Below, one piece after another: positions 47,766 to 62,207 of a DNA stretch of 64,000 bases (position 1 is the first letter of the stretch; every line of letters begins with the position of its first letter). Location: NCBI RefSeq assembly GCF_964204645.1, contig NC_134027.1, positions 18,748,560 through 18,812,559 on the forward strand. The letters are read 5' to 3'. Source of the stretch: Tubulanus polymorphus. Its lineage: Eukaryota; Animalia; Nemertea. Below the pieces are notes generated by a model. That model worked only from the letters and a program-made list of their open reading frames with translations, had not been told where the DNA came from and searched no databases. A program made the translations under genes and the position numbers.

Positions 47766-49160
47766 ACTAGGGGTCCAGGCACACCATGCCCACTTGGGAA
47801 GTGGTTTCAAATGCTCAACAATCTAACAAATTCAATATTCAATGCCCCCTGGTGACCATATACAAAAACCAATGACCTTGAAACTCCCCAAAATCATAGA
47901 ATATGTCAGCAGCTACGAATTTGTAATTGATTGTGATAACAAAATATGCTTCGTTACCAAATTAATAAGGAAATACTAAGTTATTCTTCTATTCAACGCC
48001 CCCTGCTGACCATATGCAAAACCCAATGACCTTGAAACTCACCACAATCATAGAACATGTCATGATCTACAACTTTGCAATTGATCATGGTAACCAAATA
48101 TCTCTAGGTACCAATCTAATAAGGAAATACCAAGTTCTTCTACTATTCAACGCACCCTGGTGACCATATAGAATAACTTATGTCCTTGAAACTCACCACA
48201 ATCATAGACGATGTCGTGAGCTACAACTTTGCAATTGATTGTGGTAACAAAATATGTGTAGGTACAAATATAATATAGAAATACTAAGTTATATCATTTA
48301 ACGCCCCCTGGTGACCATATGCAAAACCCAATGACCTTGAAACTCACCACAATCATAGAACATGTAATGAACTACAACTTTGCAATGGATCATGGTAACA
48401 AAATAGCCCTATGTACCAATCTAATAAGGAAATGCTAAGTTGTTCTACTATTCAACGCCCCCTGGTGACCATATGCAAAACCCAATGACCTTGAAACTCA
48501 CCAAAATTATAGAACATGTCATGAACTACAACTTTGCAATTGATCATGGTAACAAAATATCCCTAGGTACCAATCTAATATGGAAATACCAAGTTCTACT
48601 ATTCAACGCCCCCTGCTGACCATATAGAATAACTTATGTCCTCGAAACTCACCACAATCATAGACGATATCATGAGCTACAACTTTGTAATTGATTGTGG
48701 TGACAAAATATGCGTAGGTACAAATATAATATAGAAATACTAAGTTTTTGTGTTATTCAACGCCCCTGGTGGCCATATACAAAAACCAATGACCTTGAAA
48801 CTCACCAAAATCATAGAAAATGTTATGAGCTACAACTTTTCAATACATTGTGGTAACACAATATGCTTAGGTATCAATATAATGTGGAAAAGTTTTTCCC
48901 ACCTACGAATGAGTACTGATGATGCCAAGATGGCTGCCAATTGCGCCATAATTGGCTGATCAAAAATACATGTCTCAAGTATAAAACATCCCTTTTCAAA
49001 GAATACCCATCAAAAATTGCAATGAGAAATGGCAAACCAGTAGGACGCTACAGGACTCAGAATTTGGGCCAAATTTGACATTTTTGGAGACTAAAAAGGT
49101 CAAAGGACGGCCATCTTGAGTTCGATCGACCCAATTTTTCTCATGTTGATGGGCCCTTAA
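47766..49160 (+). mobile_element. HINE-like element with seven ~154-bp repeats
   Basis: Same 5' end; units near 47838, 47992, 48146, 48297, 48451, 48602 and 48757. Confidence 0.7.
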
Positions 49161-52100
49161 GTTGAAATTCAGGACAATATTAATATACATGTTTTCTATA
49201 TTACATTTGTCAATATTTGACGACATTACAATATAGATTGGTAAAATACAATATCAATATACATGTTTTCTGTATTACGTTTGTGAAATATATATGACAT
49301 TTGCTTAATATAGATGTAGAGAGCGCCACTATACAATATACATTATACATATAGAAGCGCCACTATACAATATACATTTATAAAATACATTATACATATA
49401 GAGGCGCCACTGTACAGCATGGCGCCACTGTATTGGGCAGATGTCACTAATTCACAAGTATCGCCGGCAGCTGCGCTTGGACTGGTTAACGACTGGATTT
49501 GCCCAACTAATCTAATTGAATTGAGACTAGTAAAGGTCGTAGACCGATCAGGGTGCCCGGTAGGTAGCTCATTTATTAATATTCGGATTAGGTATTAGGC
49601 CTTTATTTAACCAAAAAAATCACCAATTCTCACTTCCCTCTCACTCAGCTCAGCAATACTGGCTAAAGTCAAGCCACCGCTTTCTCCCTATGTGGCTATT
49701 GAAAGTAGGCCTTAATAAAAGAACTATTGCGTGTAGGTGTTGCGGTGTTGTCAATGTAATGTCAGATCCTGGCTTGTATTTATTAATAACTGATTCGTAA
49801 ACAAAATGGCGGGGTTCGGGTAGGGTTTAGGGTTCACCCAGTCCTGGCAGTGGTTGTTTCCACAGTGTTTTACGTTGCTCTACGATCCTGTGTACCCACC
49901 CACCCATGGTACATCAGACAGGTTCTTGGTGAAGGTTTAGGGTAGCTTAGGGTATGGCTATATGAAGTTAAAAAATTGTTGTTGCGGGCTTGCACTGCTA
50001 GCGCTGTGGACGTGGTCAAATGCTAATTCAATTCAATTCAAAATTTATTCAGTAATTAATTATGAAATTTTCCAAGTCCATACAGCCAATGCGCATGCAC
50101 GACAAGTCGTTTATAGGATCTATCATCTAACGTTCTACAGCTCAATTTTCGGACTTTATTTTACGTCATTAACTCATTATCGTGAGATTGTCTTTATATT
50201 ATCGTCACAACATACATGGATATAGCAGTATAGCATTCTTATCCATCGTGATTAATGTGTCTCTGTCTCTGACTCTAGCTTGTTGTAGGCCTATATGCCA
50301 GTGCCAAAAGTTATAATTCTTATCAGGGCAGATCAAGAGAGGGTTGTATTCGGGGGGGGTTGAAATTCGAGAAATTGCATTTTATGAAATAAGTGTTGAA
50401 AACCACCTCTCAGGATCATAAAAAGGCCGGCTGAATTGCTAGAGTATGATAGCCTGCAGCCTTTAAGTGGCTGAAGTACCCAATAGTACATGTATATGTA
50501 ACCAATTTCAATTTGCATTTTATTTTTGTCTAGATTCCATTCTATGAGTGCTTGAGTTCTCTATTATTTCTCTCCTTTTTTCAGGTTATGTTGCAAGAGC
50601 ATTTTTCAAATGGCTGAAAACATTTTTACAAATGTGTATGATTTGCAGTCTGTAATGTTACATATTCCTGAATTAATGGACCGAGCAGAAAGAGTTATAT
50701 CTTCTGATGGACGATCGGTGTCACAACTTATAGCCCAGATGCTAATTAAATGGCTTTATGATTATGCAAATGTTGTGTCCGTTCTACTTACAAGATGTGA
50801 AAATGGATATGTGGCATATATAAGTTTTAAATCTAAAATGCTAATATAAATTGCCGCTTGTTGACGCAGAATCTTGACACGTTGACGTCTGTTGGCAGTT
50901 GTTGACGCTAATTAGTATGACCCCTTCCCATGGAACTATAACAATCAGATTAACAGTTGAGTTCACTCCAAAGTCAAATTTGGAATAACCGCGCTATATC
51001 CCCCCATGACCTTTCTTCACATGACACAACCCCAAAATTTATTTCAACCAAATTAAGATCTTTTTTTTACCTAGATGTCACAACGGTAGGCCTATGCTGT
51101 TTGAATACATGAATTTATGAAAGTAACACCAACTTACTTCTTCGACAACTGCTTGTACTTGCATTTGTAGTAGTACTAGTAGTACTTCTACGGCCGCGAC
51201 GATACGGATGAAACTGGGGAGGGGGATGATGTAGTCTACTAGTTGCCGGCCTTGTGAAACTAGAAGATGGGGGGTTTTTGATTGTACTGCTACTAGTGCT
51301 AGGCTGGGAAGTAAAAAAACTGCTTATGCTACCACTCGCACTTGTTGACGTTGTCGTTGACGTGGTGGTAGGCCTACTCGTACTTTGATTATGAAGAATT
51401 TAGAAAAATTCGCTACGTCTCAACAATTCATCTACCACTTGGCGAATGTTGTTACCGGACATATTTATTGGTAGAAACCGAAAAATTAATCTCTTGGCGG
51501 TCGGCCTACGACCTTCACTTCGCCTTCTTTCGGTGTTATGTTACCAATTCAATTCAATCCAATCCACTCGAATGGCGTGCACAGGCGCATGGAGCCCTCC
51601 CGCGCACTGCCCTTGTTGGTTGGGAATAAATAACGCCCAGCCCTGTATAGTAAATACATGATAAACAAGACGGATAATTTTCTTTAACTGACTGGATGTG
51701 GTATTAAATGTAGTATTTCACATCACAAATGGCCCAAATCCGTTTAAAAGAATAACAGTACCGCACTGAAGGCACCAAGGTTGGAATATGGCTATGGATC
51801 ATGATAAAATAGCGCGCTACGACCGATAAAATATCAGCTGTCGGTACTCGGTCATGGTAGGCCTACTCTGTCGCATCGAAATGGAACCTGATTCCCGAAG
51901 AAGCCAAGGTCCTAACGAGAAGAATAAACGAAACAAATTTAAGTGTCCTGCAGTCAATTCTGTGTCTAATTATCTTCCAGTGTCTACTCCATCCACACTT
52001 TTATGTATGTAGTCTACATAAAAATGAACAAGCCATACTTTACAGATTAGGTTCTCATCAAACAATCTTCTGGGGGTTGAGTGTACGTGTAGGTAGTGTA

Positions 52101-54791
52101 CTCACTGCTACTTAGGATACTTATCTTATTTTTCGGCAACATTTTTGACAGACCACCTATCTACTAGTAAATGTTTTTTCCATGGACCCGAAAAGTAGGC
52201 CTAGGCCTCTTAGAGTCGTAAGTAGGTAGGCTATTCATGTCATTTATTTATGGCAGAGAGTTCAGCCTGTTACAGGAACCCGAACAATGGTAATTTAGAG
52301 GTCAACTTGTGACTAGATAAGCTTTTTTGAAACAGGAGTTATATAACCTATTGAGAATTGAACTTATGTTCACGAAAAACTACAGATGTGGATTCAGTTA
52401 CTGGAGCTAAATTAAATGTAGATGCAGCCCTGCAAACGCTGGGTTTAGATGAACCCGCGTACTTTGAAACCCGGGTTCAATGAGCTGTAGACGTGGTAAT
52501 GTATATCGCAGTCAGAAAAAGAAGCAAATTGAAAGTACATCAATCTTTTATTTCCATCCTAAAACAACGAGACAAAGAAGGTCTGAATGCTACAAGCTAT
52601 TTGAGCAATTGCGGTTATTAATTTGTAAAATGTATTGATGTGATATGGAAGGCCAACTGCTGAATTCCATGGGTACCATCAGAACCAAATGCGCACTACT
52701 TGCCATCTACCTGAAATAAACAAATGTCAATATTATGTTATAAACAAATAAATATGAAAAAAATGCAAATTTGAATGGGAAAAATCGGCTATAAAATATC
52801 TGCTATGTCTGACAAATAACTGACGAATCCTATAAAACAAAAAATATATTATCTTCAAAATAAAATTAACAATTCAAAGACTTTTGGCAATCTTCCAATA
52901 CAATATACAAAGGTCCCTAGTACGCTAAAAACTAACTGAGCCAGACGACCTGATGTCCTTTCAAGCAAAATTGAATTCGACATTAGATGTGAGACGCATG
53001 AAAATGAGCCATAGGCTGGTTTTCCACGAGAAACAGATGAATTAAATGTATTTCCCTTTAGCCGTTTCCACAACAAGGGTGCGGCACTGTTGGACAGGAC
53101 AGACACACATTTTCAAGTCTATATTAATAAATTTTCAACTGCGTCTGCGCAGTAATTAGTCAGAATCTATCCCTATCAAAATGGCCCCACCACCCGAAGA
53201 CGTGCACACAAATTTCTGTGTCAGAGCCAAAATTGAGGTAATGCCTGCGCTTTTACGCCTTTCTCATGGAAAATCCTAGTTTAGGCATAATACGCAACAA
53301 ATTCAATATTTCCTAATGCCAAATGATTATTCTCATAAAAGCCCTTCATTTCAGGATTCAATAAGACTCAGTGTGTTTTTAGAGACTGTGGCACTAGTCC
53401 AAATAGAAAAATTTTCAATTTTGGTCCGCAGTTTATGATTAGGCCTGTCTTGATGACGCAAATTCTAAGTCAACTCGTAATAGGGAGTACACATTCTATA
53501 TATCAAAATTGACAGGAGAACAAGATCTAATTACCTATGTTTTCAGATTTCGAATAAACCCAATTATATTCGAGTAAAAGTCATCAAAATAAATAAGGTA
53601 AAAACGCTAGCTCATAAAATTAGTTTTGAAGTAGGATGAGAAACTGGGAATATCTCACTTATTTCCAATGCCATATAGACATATAAGGTATCATTCGATT
53701 TGTTTTTAGATGGATTTTAATACTATCTGGTATTTGGATGACTGAACTGTCTGTTCTACCTTAAATTCTTACAAAACCTTGAGATTTCGGAGGCCCAAAA
53801 CCGGCAAAATGACAAAATTACTTCCTGGTTTTCAGCGCCACCCTGGGAAATTAATATGGCGAATGTTGAGAAAACTGGAACATAGCTAAACGCTAAAACA
53901 CATAAATTTTCGTTTTAGATATGTTTCGGTTCGAATCCTAAATACTTTATACCTTAAAACGTGACATTAGTCCGGGTGCCGTTATGTATTCATTCTACAC
54001 GCGCACTCAGCCGCGAAGCTATTTTTAGCGCAACAATCAATTTAACCAATAGAGACGCGCTACGTCATAACGTTCGACATGGTCGCATTTGCCTTTACTC
54101 GTACCGTCGTGAAAGATGTCGCCAAAATGCTTGTATCATCAGGGGTAGACAAATTATCCGAAGATAAATGAAAACTCCACCTTGTTGATCGTCAGTTGAT
54201 TTAGCTGTAATTATTTCGTCTGGATCAATCGACACATAATTCATTTCAAAATCTGTGTTCAGTAGAATTTTTTTTCAATAAAATAAGAATCTATTTGAAT
54301 AATTTTTTACTAATGTATTCAGGAGTGAATTTTAATTGATCTCAAAACCAGAGAAAGCATTCTTCAAAAATTTAGAAAGTCCTAGACTCATAATCAAATT
54401 CTGTCATTTAAGGTCTTTTGCTCGAATCAAGCCAAGTGCTCAGGTGGCCAAAATTCAATTCCTCACTGTCGTATAATGCCGAGTACGACGGAGTTTACAC
54501 ACTGAAAGACGTTGCGCTGTGTAAGTGTAATTTGGAAAAGTCAGCAATATAATGACGGCCCTGCTCCGCGCGCTCCATCTAAGACTTAAACAAGTTGGAC
54601 TGTATTGCTTTGATGCTTTAACAAATGGACTCCTAATATCCACATATCTAGCATAATGTTGACCCAGGTTGCGCTTCTTGGCAAAAGTCATATGTTATGG
54701 GCTAGAATTATTTCGATGAAATCTTCGTACGCTTCCCAGTTCGACATATGAACCAATTAGGCAGAAACCTGCTATCGCTGCTGTGCAGCTA

Positions 54792-55753
54792 TATTTTTTT
54801 TAATTATTTCCATTTAATTTTTGTCAATTTCTTACTTAATTTCATATTTTCATTCATCAGATCTTTACTGATATTTTCATAATAAAATGCAGCCAATATT
54901 AAACCTACAGCAACTAAATAATGTTTTAAATCACTTTTTCCAGTTGGAATGCTGAAATCATTCTCATTCATTCACTTAGGATAGAAAATTAAAAGATTGA
55001 TAAGTAATTTGAAATATCTTATTTTGAATATTTACTGTTGAATTATTATTTTTGAGTTATGATATTTTGATTTAAGATGATGTGATTTATTGCCTCAAGT
55101 ATAATATTTTCCACAATTACATAACACTTTTTCATTAGGTTCATATTTCTTTTTAGGTGTAACAATTTTATTGTCTAAGGTACATTGAATTCCCACATCT
55201 TTGAATGATTTTTCATTTGGAATGTCAGGGTTAAATCTTTTTTCTTGTAATCTGAAAAATAATACATAACATTCTCTGAAAGGGCAATAAGGTAGGAGTA
55301 TAAATAAAGATTTATGTGAATTTTCATTATTTAAAAGTGATTGCATTTCATCTGTAATTATTAAATGTTTATCTATTTCATCAAATGTTGTGAATTTTGG
55401 AATTATTGTATTGAATAAGATTTTAACTTTTTCATTAGATAACTCTATCATTAGATAATAATTTTTAAACTTTAATTCAGTAATATCATGCACTTGAAAA
55501 CGAAAAAGTGCAGTTTTAATCAAATCTTTACTAGGAATGAAATTTCAATTGTAAAATATTTTTCTAATTCATGTAAATCAATATCTTTGAATTGTAGTAC
55601 CTGTTCTTTCATTTATTTAGTAATTTCTTTCTCCATTTATTTACCTATTTTTTTATTCGAAATCTATATAATTGATTTTCATATATATGATATTCATTTA
55701 TATAATGTTCATATATATGAATATTATTAGAGTAATAGGGTAAGTCTTGTTTC
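54792..55753 (-). mobile_element. Third Polinton-like family fragment
   Basis: 55655-55753 matches 45818-45900 in reverse. ORF 55095-55523 shares NEKSFKD..IQC.LD and PNEKV.C.CG.Y with the host ORF. 54804-54971 is homologous to ORF 20321-20539. Confidence 0.8.
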
Positions 55754-56836
55754 ATAAACACCTTAGCTCGTAAAATTAACCTTTTTTCGTCACAACAAAA
55801 TTTTTTTTTGTTCGAAGCAAAAGTACTTTGTTCCATCAAACCAATTTGAAAAAATCATCTGAACACAATTGTTTTCGTTCAATGTTTAGGAGGTTGTTTA
55901 GCCCATTCTGTCCGGATGCTAGGCCTACACATACATAGGCCTACTAGGTTAAGCTAAGTTCCCTGTAAAGGAGGAATCAGATTTATTAGAATGGTATAAG
56001 TGATTCACTGGTTCTGACTTGCAGTGATCAGTCACAATTATCAACCATATTTTATAAAAAAGAATTTTTTTGGAAAATTTCGTCTGAGCAGACGGCTTTC
56101 AGACTTTTTCATTTGAGTTTTTCATCATTTATGAAACTGGTAATTTGTTAATTCCTGATGACTTAGTAACTAGGGAGCCCCGAATGAAAGAATCTTTGAG
56201 GCATTTATACGAGCATCTGATTTTTGCAATCGATCGTAGAAACACATTTTACGTGCACTGAATTTTGCGATCGATTTCACGATCAGCGTTTTTACGAACA
56301 CGATTTTCCGATCGATGTTTTAAATCGACCAACTCGCTCAAATTTCAAAAACTAATTTCAGCATCCATTTTTCGCATGTAATGCGGTCTGTTCATTATGA
56401 AAATCATACCTAGGTGAAAGTACGTAGACATCCGTGCAATATGCCAACCTGCATGATTAGTTCATACAACTGCCACGAGGGGACTGTGAAAACAACGTTT
56501 TTGCTCCCAGGCCCTTAACCATTTGCGATAGAATCGTGGTTGCAAGTGTGATCAATAGCCCTTTACAATATACTTGTATTGATGTATGGTTTAAGTAGGT
56601 AACTCATATGGTTCTCCAGTAGCCATTTTCTTTCGAACAAAATTTTCTTGTCGGAACATTAAGTTTTTCGTTCAAACAAGTATACTGTAAAAAATTTTTC
56701 ATTTCAACAAAAGTTATATTGTTCAATCACACAGAATTGTTTTCATTTTAACTTTGGATTTCACACAACAAATTTTTTTTGTTCAAACAAGTATATTGTA
56801 AAAAGTTTTACGTTTCAATAAATGTTACATTGTTCG

Positions 56837-57833
56837 ATGACCTTGAAACTCACCACAATCATAGAACATGTCAGCAGCTACGATTTTGTAATTGACTGTG
56901 ATAACAAAATTTGCCTTCTAACCAATTTAATATGGAAATACTAAGTTATTCTACTATTCAACGCCCCCTGGTGACCATATGGAATAACTAATGTCCTTAA
57001 AACTCACCACAATCACAAAGACGAAGTCATAAGCTACAACTTTGTAACTGATTGTGGCAACAAAATGGTACAAATATAACATAAAAATGCTAAGATATTA
57101 TATTACTCAACGTCCCCTGGTGGCCATATATAATAACCAATGACCTTGAAACTAACCACAATCATAGAACCCGATATAAGCTACAACTTTCAAATTCATT
57201 GTGGTAACAAAATATGCTTAGTTATCAACATAATGTCGAAAAACTTTTTCCCACCTATGAATGAATACTTATTACACCAAGATGGCCGCCAATTGCGCCA
57301 TAATTGGCTGATCAAAAATACCTGTCCCAGATATGAAACATCCCTTTCCAAAGAATACCCATCAGCAATTGCAATGAGAAATGGCAAACCATTAGGAAGC
57401 TACAGGCTACAGGAAATAGGGCCAAAATTGACATTTTTGGGCACTAAAAAGGTCATAGGACGGCCATCTTGAGTCCGATCGACCCAATTTTAGTTATGCT
57501 GATGGGCCCTAGGGGGATTCAAATATCTACGAAGGATCAAGGTAATTGATCAAAGCGTCTTCAAAATTTCCCTCAAAATGTTCAAAAATGTGTAAAAAGT
57601 GCTGATTATGGCAAACAACAATGGCCGCCAGTCGGCCATCTTGATTCTGACAGGGCCAGTTTTTGGGCTGAAGATGTGTCTAGGGTAGATACATGTGTAA
57701 CCTAAATATCAAAACATTACATTGAAGCGTCTTCATAACTTCCCAAAATAACTGGATTCTGTCTACGGACGGACGACGGACGAAAAGTGAACGCAATAGC
57801 CCGCTGGGACTAAAGTCCCAAGTGGGCTAAAAA
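56837..57833 (+). mobile_element. HINE-like element, 5'-truncated
   Basis: Three repeat units plus the same 3' module, GACG microsatellite and stem-loop. Confidence 0.7.
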
Positions 57834-58099
57834 TGAGTGTGAGGCTCTACGAAACATTCATGCAAGGAAACTAAACCATGGAATATCTTTAAAACGGTGG
57901 GCTTCCTTCACTTTGTTGCCCGGTTTGTTATTGATCAGGTTCATCACTTATATCAGATAAAATAACATCTAAATCCAATAACTCATCGCCATACTGGTCG
58001 CGGTAGCTGCCATTATTTATAAAAGACACACTAATTACAGCAGAGAACCGATGCGACTGGTTGGTGGTGGGAGGCCATTGTTAACCAATATTTTTTCTT

Positions 58100-58380
58100 C
58101 TTATTTTATTTTTCAATTTGAAAAAATAAATAACGCAGTATCATGGATTGATAACCTTTTACCAGATGTATTCAATGGCTTCTTCGAGTTAAACAGAAAT
58201 CGCAGAACCCGCCACACAAACTATTTTGTACTACCCTTATGCCGAAATAACTTTAGCCGAAATTTCCTTAGTTATAATGGCCCAAAACATTGGAATGAAA
58301 TGAGTAATATTTTCAAATCATCACCTTCCCTAGAGATCTTTAAGTCAGCTTATAAGAAATTCATAATTAGTAATTATTAA
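58100..58380 (+). pseudogene. 3' remnant of a CR1/L2-like LINE ORF2
   Basis: LP..F..FF....TR...SY.GPK.WN......SL..FK..YK.F C-terminal motif. Confidence 0.7.
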
Positions 58381-59354
58381 TCATTATTAAGAAAAAAACC
58401 CCAATGAATTAATCAAACAATGTAACTGTACCTATATCATCTTTCTATTATATACCTATTTTTGTATGCCTGTAGCAGTAGAAAATCATGTGTGAATGCG
58501 AAAGTATGAATGTGTGGGTGAGAGTGAAGTGTGTATTTGGGTACCTGTTGCTACAAGTGAAAACTTTTAACAGGTTCACCCTGCTAATATATGTTTTAAA
58601 AAAAAATTATGGAATTTATATTTGATTCATGTTTATTAGCAAAATAAAGAATGAATACAATATATACAAATAAATTAACTTAAGTCGGGTTACTTCCAAA
58701 AAAGACACGCCAGAGAGTATATACAATAGATCAATAGTAGCAGGTTGCCGCTGGTGACAGCCAGCTGACAGATGTACTGTATTGAGTGCGTGCAGGGAGA
58801 CGTGTATGCCAGCTGCATATTTTAGTTTTTTAGTTTCCGATAACAAAATCAACGTGCTTAAACTTCGTTGGCAACATATTTTTAAAGAATCGTAACAACG
58901 CTAGAGTTTTCCGTAAAACGTAATGAAAAAAGGCTAAAATCATATTTTTGAACACCCAATCGTAACACCATAATTTATACAGTCCATCCGTAACTATTAT
59001 GGGAAAATCGTAACAGTTGGCAGGTTTGAAAAACATATTCTAGTTCACAAGAAAATTTAATTTAGAATACCAAGTATTTAGAGGTTGAATCAGTTGAATT
59101 TCATTTCCACTTGTTTTTTATACACCGGCTACACTTTTGATATTGTTTTACGTAAATTGACAATGTTTAGGTGAGAGTTCAAGGTCGCCATGATGAAATG
59201 GAATATCAATGCTACTTTTGTTTCAGGTGACGAGGACTCGCTTACCGCCGCAGACTCTCCATGATCTTGGCGGGTGGAGGATGAACGGACTTGCGTGAAT
59301 TGGGAAGACCACAAAATTGGGCAACAAGATGGCGGATTTCCCCCTGAAGATGAT

Positions 59355-59633
59355 GATTGAAGCGTCTTTGAAATTTGCAAAATGTGCAAAAAGTGTTGAT
59401 CTCGGGCGAACAAAAATGGACGCCAGTTGGCGATCGTGATTCTGACCAGACCTGGTCTTGGGCTGAAGATGTGTCTATAATAGATACATGTATAAACCAA
59501 ATATCAGGATTGAGGTACGTATCTCTAAAACGTACGTATCCCCAAAATAACTGGATTCTGTCTATGGATGGACGAAAGGTGAAAAGTGAACGCAATAGCC
59601 TGATGGAACTAGGGTCCAAAGTGGGCTAAAAAT
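59355..59633 (+). mobile_element. HINE-like 3' fragment (diverged)
   Basis: GGGCTGAAGATGTGTCTA...GTGAACGCAATAGCC...GTGGGCTAAAAA. Confidence 0.6.
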
Positions 59634-59714
59634 GATCCGAACTAAGTGGATCTATTGTATATAACTTGATTGAATGATTAGTAAGAATGACTTGAGGGGT
59701 ATGAATCAACTCAC

Positions 59715-59808
59715 ATGATTGCCTTGAATCTTTAGGTAGTTGAATCTTTGTAGTGGCTCCATGACCTTCCAAATTATAGATGTAACTTTTCACTTCTTTG
59801 TCATAAAC
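59715..59808 (-). CDS. CFAP20DC: CFAP20DC-like exon (VYDKEVKSYIYNLEGHGATTKIQLPKDSRQS)
   Basis: AG/GT boundaries (gatag|...|gtgagt), 94 nt, phase 0/1. DKEVKS..LEG...KIQLPK motif. Confidence 0.88.
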
Positions 59809-60327
59809 CTATCGATAACATAATTGACTTGTAAGTCTAAACTTCATGTGCCACAGTTACACTAATACTGATTTTGGTACACACTATGCAGTTGGGAAAG
59901 TACATGTACTTGAACCAAAGTGTGCTTGTAAACCAAGATGAAATGAACCTGCACCTACCCAAATAGCTACCAACTTTCAGGATGATTGCACATAATTTGA
60001 AGTGTGTAGAGCGCTAGTGTGGGAAAAGCTCACCACGCACAGTGCACACCGAGTAAAATAGGATGTCGTCGACAGGGGTGACATAATTCAATATGCTACA
60101 AACATCGTAACATGTTTCATAAGCAAACAAATCGTCAGTGACCTCATGCAAGCATGTTGATTAGGTTACTTTCATCATACATGCAGGAGATCACGTAGAC
60201 CTAGCTGATTGAAAGCAAGAAACATTTGTTTGGTGTTTTTAAGATTTACTTTCGATCTTTGCAATAGGCTAATATTTCAAGTACTGTAGCTATGTGTCTG
60301 CAGCTATTGCATAGTAGCCATTATTAC

Positions 60328-60414
60328 CTTACGTATACTAGATGATCCAGTTTGTTTCCAATTGGCTAAAGGATCTTTACCTTGCACACTGAACACATCA
60401 AAATATGGTCCTCC
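60328..60414 (-). CDS. CFAP20DC: CFAP20DC/C3orf67-like exon (GGPYFDVFSVQGKDPLANWKQTGSSSIRK)
   Basis: Acceptor cattacag, donor gtaata, 87 nt, phase 0/0. Peptide resembles the N-terminal CFAP20 domain of C3orf67 as I recall it. Confidence 0.85.
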
Positions 60415-60511
60415 CTGTAATGAAATAGTTCAAGATTATTTGAAATGCATAGAAAATGGGCAAATACAACATGAAAACCATCCCTCGCTTGAGAAATGCT
60501 TAACAAGTTTG

Positions 60512-61207
60512 CAGGGTTCATTGCGTCACTGCTGACAAAAATTCACTGCTATTTACTGCCAATGAAAAGTCAAATTCACTGCCATTTGGCTACCTAGTAG
60601 GCTACCTAAAGACATGTTACCAAAAGACTACGGGCCAAAACAATTAAACACCCGCTGAAGAATCAAAAAGCACCAACTAGGTATATTCGCATAATACTTC
60701 ACCGGCTCCAAGTTCGTTCGATTTCATGCAAATTCTGCATCTAAACTTATGAATACAATTCGGAACACGTTCAATCCAGCTACGGTACTCCGGATGATGA
60801 AGCCACGAATCTTGAAATGTACATTTTCCCATTTTTCCACAGTGTAACGGGCCAGAGATTTTTAAAAAATCCGAACGCAAACCACCGCCATTTGCAATTT
60901 TGTGAAACAGGTGCTTGGACCTGGGAGCCATGGCAACCATAAAAATGAAAACTCGTGAATAAAACTGAATTGAATTGGTTGGCACGTCGATGGTCACAAC
61001 ACCAATGAATAAAATGAAATTGAATTGCCGTGGGCATGACATTGTCCGTATATTTTTTTGTTCGAAACTCAACGAAATTTCTCGTGACATTTTAAAATTG
61101 CCAATCTCAGACAAAATTGAACACATTTCCGAATTCACTGCCCCCCTTCCCATTTCCACTGCCTTTCTAAAAAATTCACTGCTATTCACAGCCCGCGACG
61201 AACCCTG
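60512..61207 (-). mobile_element. Internally deleted hAT-like DNA transposon
   Basis: CAGGGTTC / GAACCCTG ends, AGTTTG on both flanks, subterminal TTCACTGC repeats, and a remnant transposase N-terminus MGKCTFQDSWL...CRIC. Confidence 0.65.
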
Positions 61208-62189
61208 AGTTTGATATTCAATGCCCCTTGTGAACACCTACAATCATCAATGAAATTGATTGATAACTGATCGTAGAAACAACATATGCCTAGGTGCCAA
61301 CATAATAAGGAAATACTAAGTTATTCCACTATTGAATGCCCCCAGCAGAGTTCGAATTTCACGACCAGCAAAAGCCGTTAGATATATTTAGACAATTTTC
61401 AAAAGCTGTTAGCTGTATTCAAATACACTGTATTTTTGTACTGACAGCTACAAAAATTTAATTCTATTAGATTTTTTAACAAAGGACCATGGGTCATACC
61501 CCCTCAGACAATCAACAGGCTATCGCAATCCTTATAAAACTAGTCATCAAGACTTCACCAGAAAAAGCAACAAGGTTTGCCAGGATATCAACATGCCAAG
61601 GATTTCAGGCACAGGCCATAGACAGCCTATCACCAACATTAAGATCCAGGAGAGACGTTGCCACGCAAGAAAAAAAAGCAAAGGAAGAGAGAGGACACGG
61701 AAGCGAAAGGAACAATAAATCAAATCAAAATCAATTTTCATTACATCAGATCAGGACCCAATTCAAATACGAAGTGGACATTTAACCATATAGGGCAGTG
61801 TTTACTTCCGCTATTTTACCGTAGGCCTACATCATTACTATATAATATAGTATTAACTAGTAACAATAAACAAGAAACAAAATTCTTAATATGAACTTTC
61901 TTAAATTTACATGAGTGTATGTCTAATCTGCATCATAATCAAACATTGGTACTCCAGATAAGAGATTATAAGCAGAACAAATGAAAAATTGTGAAAACTA
62001 TTGGATTGAAGATTTGAACCTGTGATCTTATATTGAAAATTGTTACATCTGTTACATATCAAATTTTTGAGTTGATTTTTTTGTATAGCTGTTGCATAAT
62101 AAAGCTGTTGATCAAATATGGAAGCAGGTGTTAGAGTCAGATAGATTAGTTTCCCTGATTCAAGGGCCAGTTTATAGTAGAACATAAAA

Positions 62190-62207
62190 TGGTGCCGAAA
62201 CCCGGGA
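62190..62207 (+). promoter_or_regulatory. Primer-binding site complementary to the tRNA-Phe 3' end
   Basis: TGGTGCCGAAACCCGGGA. Confidence 0.85.

Noticed and set aside
59326-59345. AAGATGGCGGATTTC match to the DIRS ITR
   Set aside because: Only ~15 bp built around a common YY1-type motif (AAGATGGC), which also recurs in the HINE-like repeats; not a DIRS relic.
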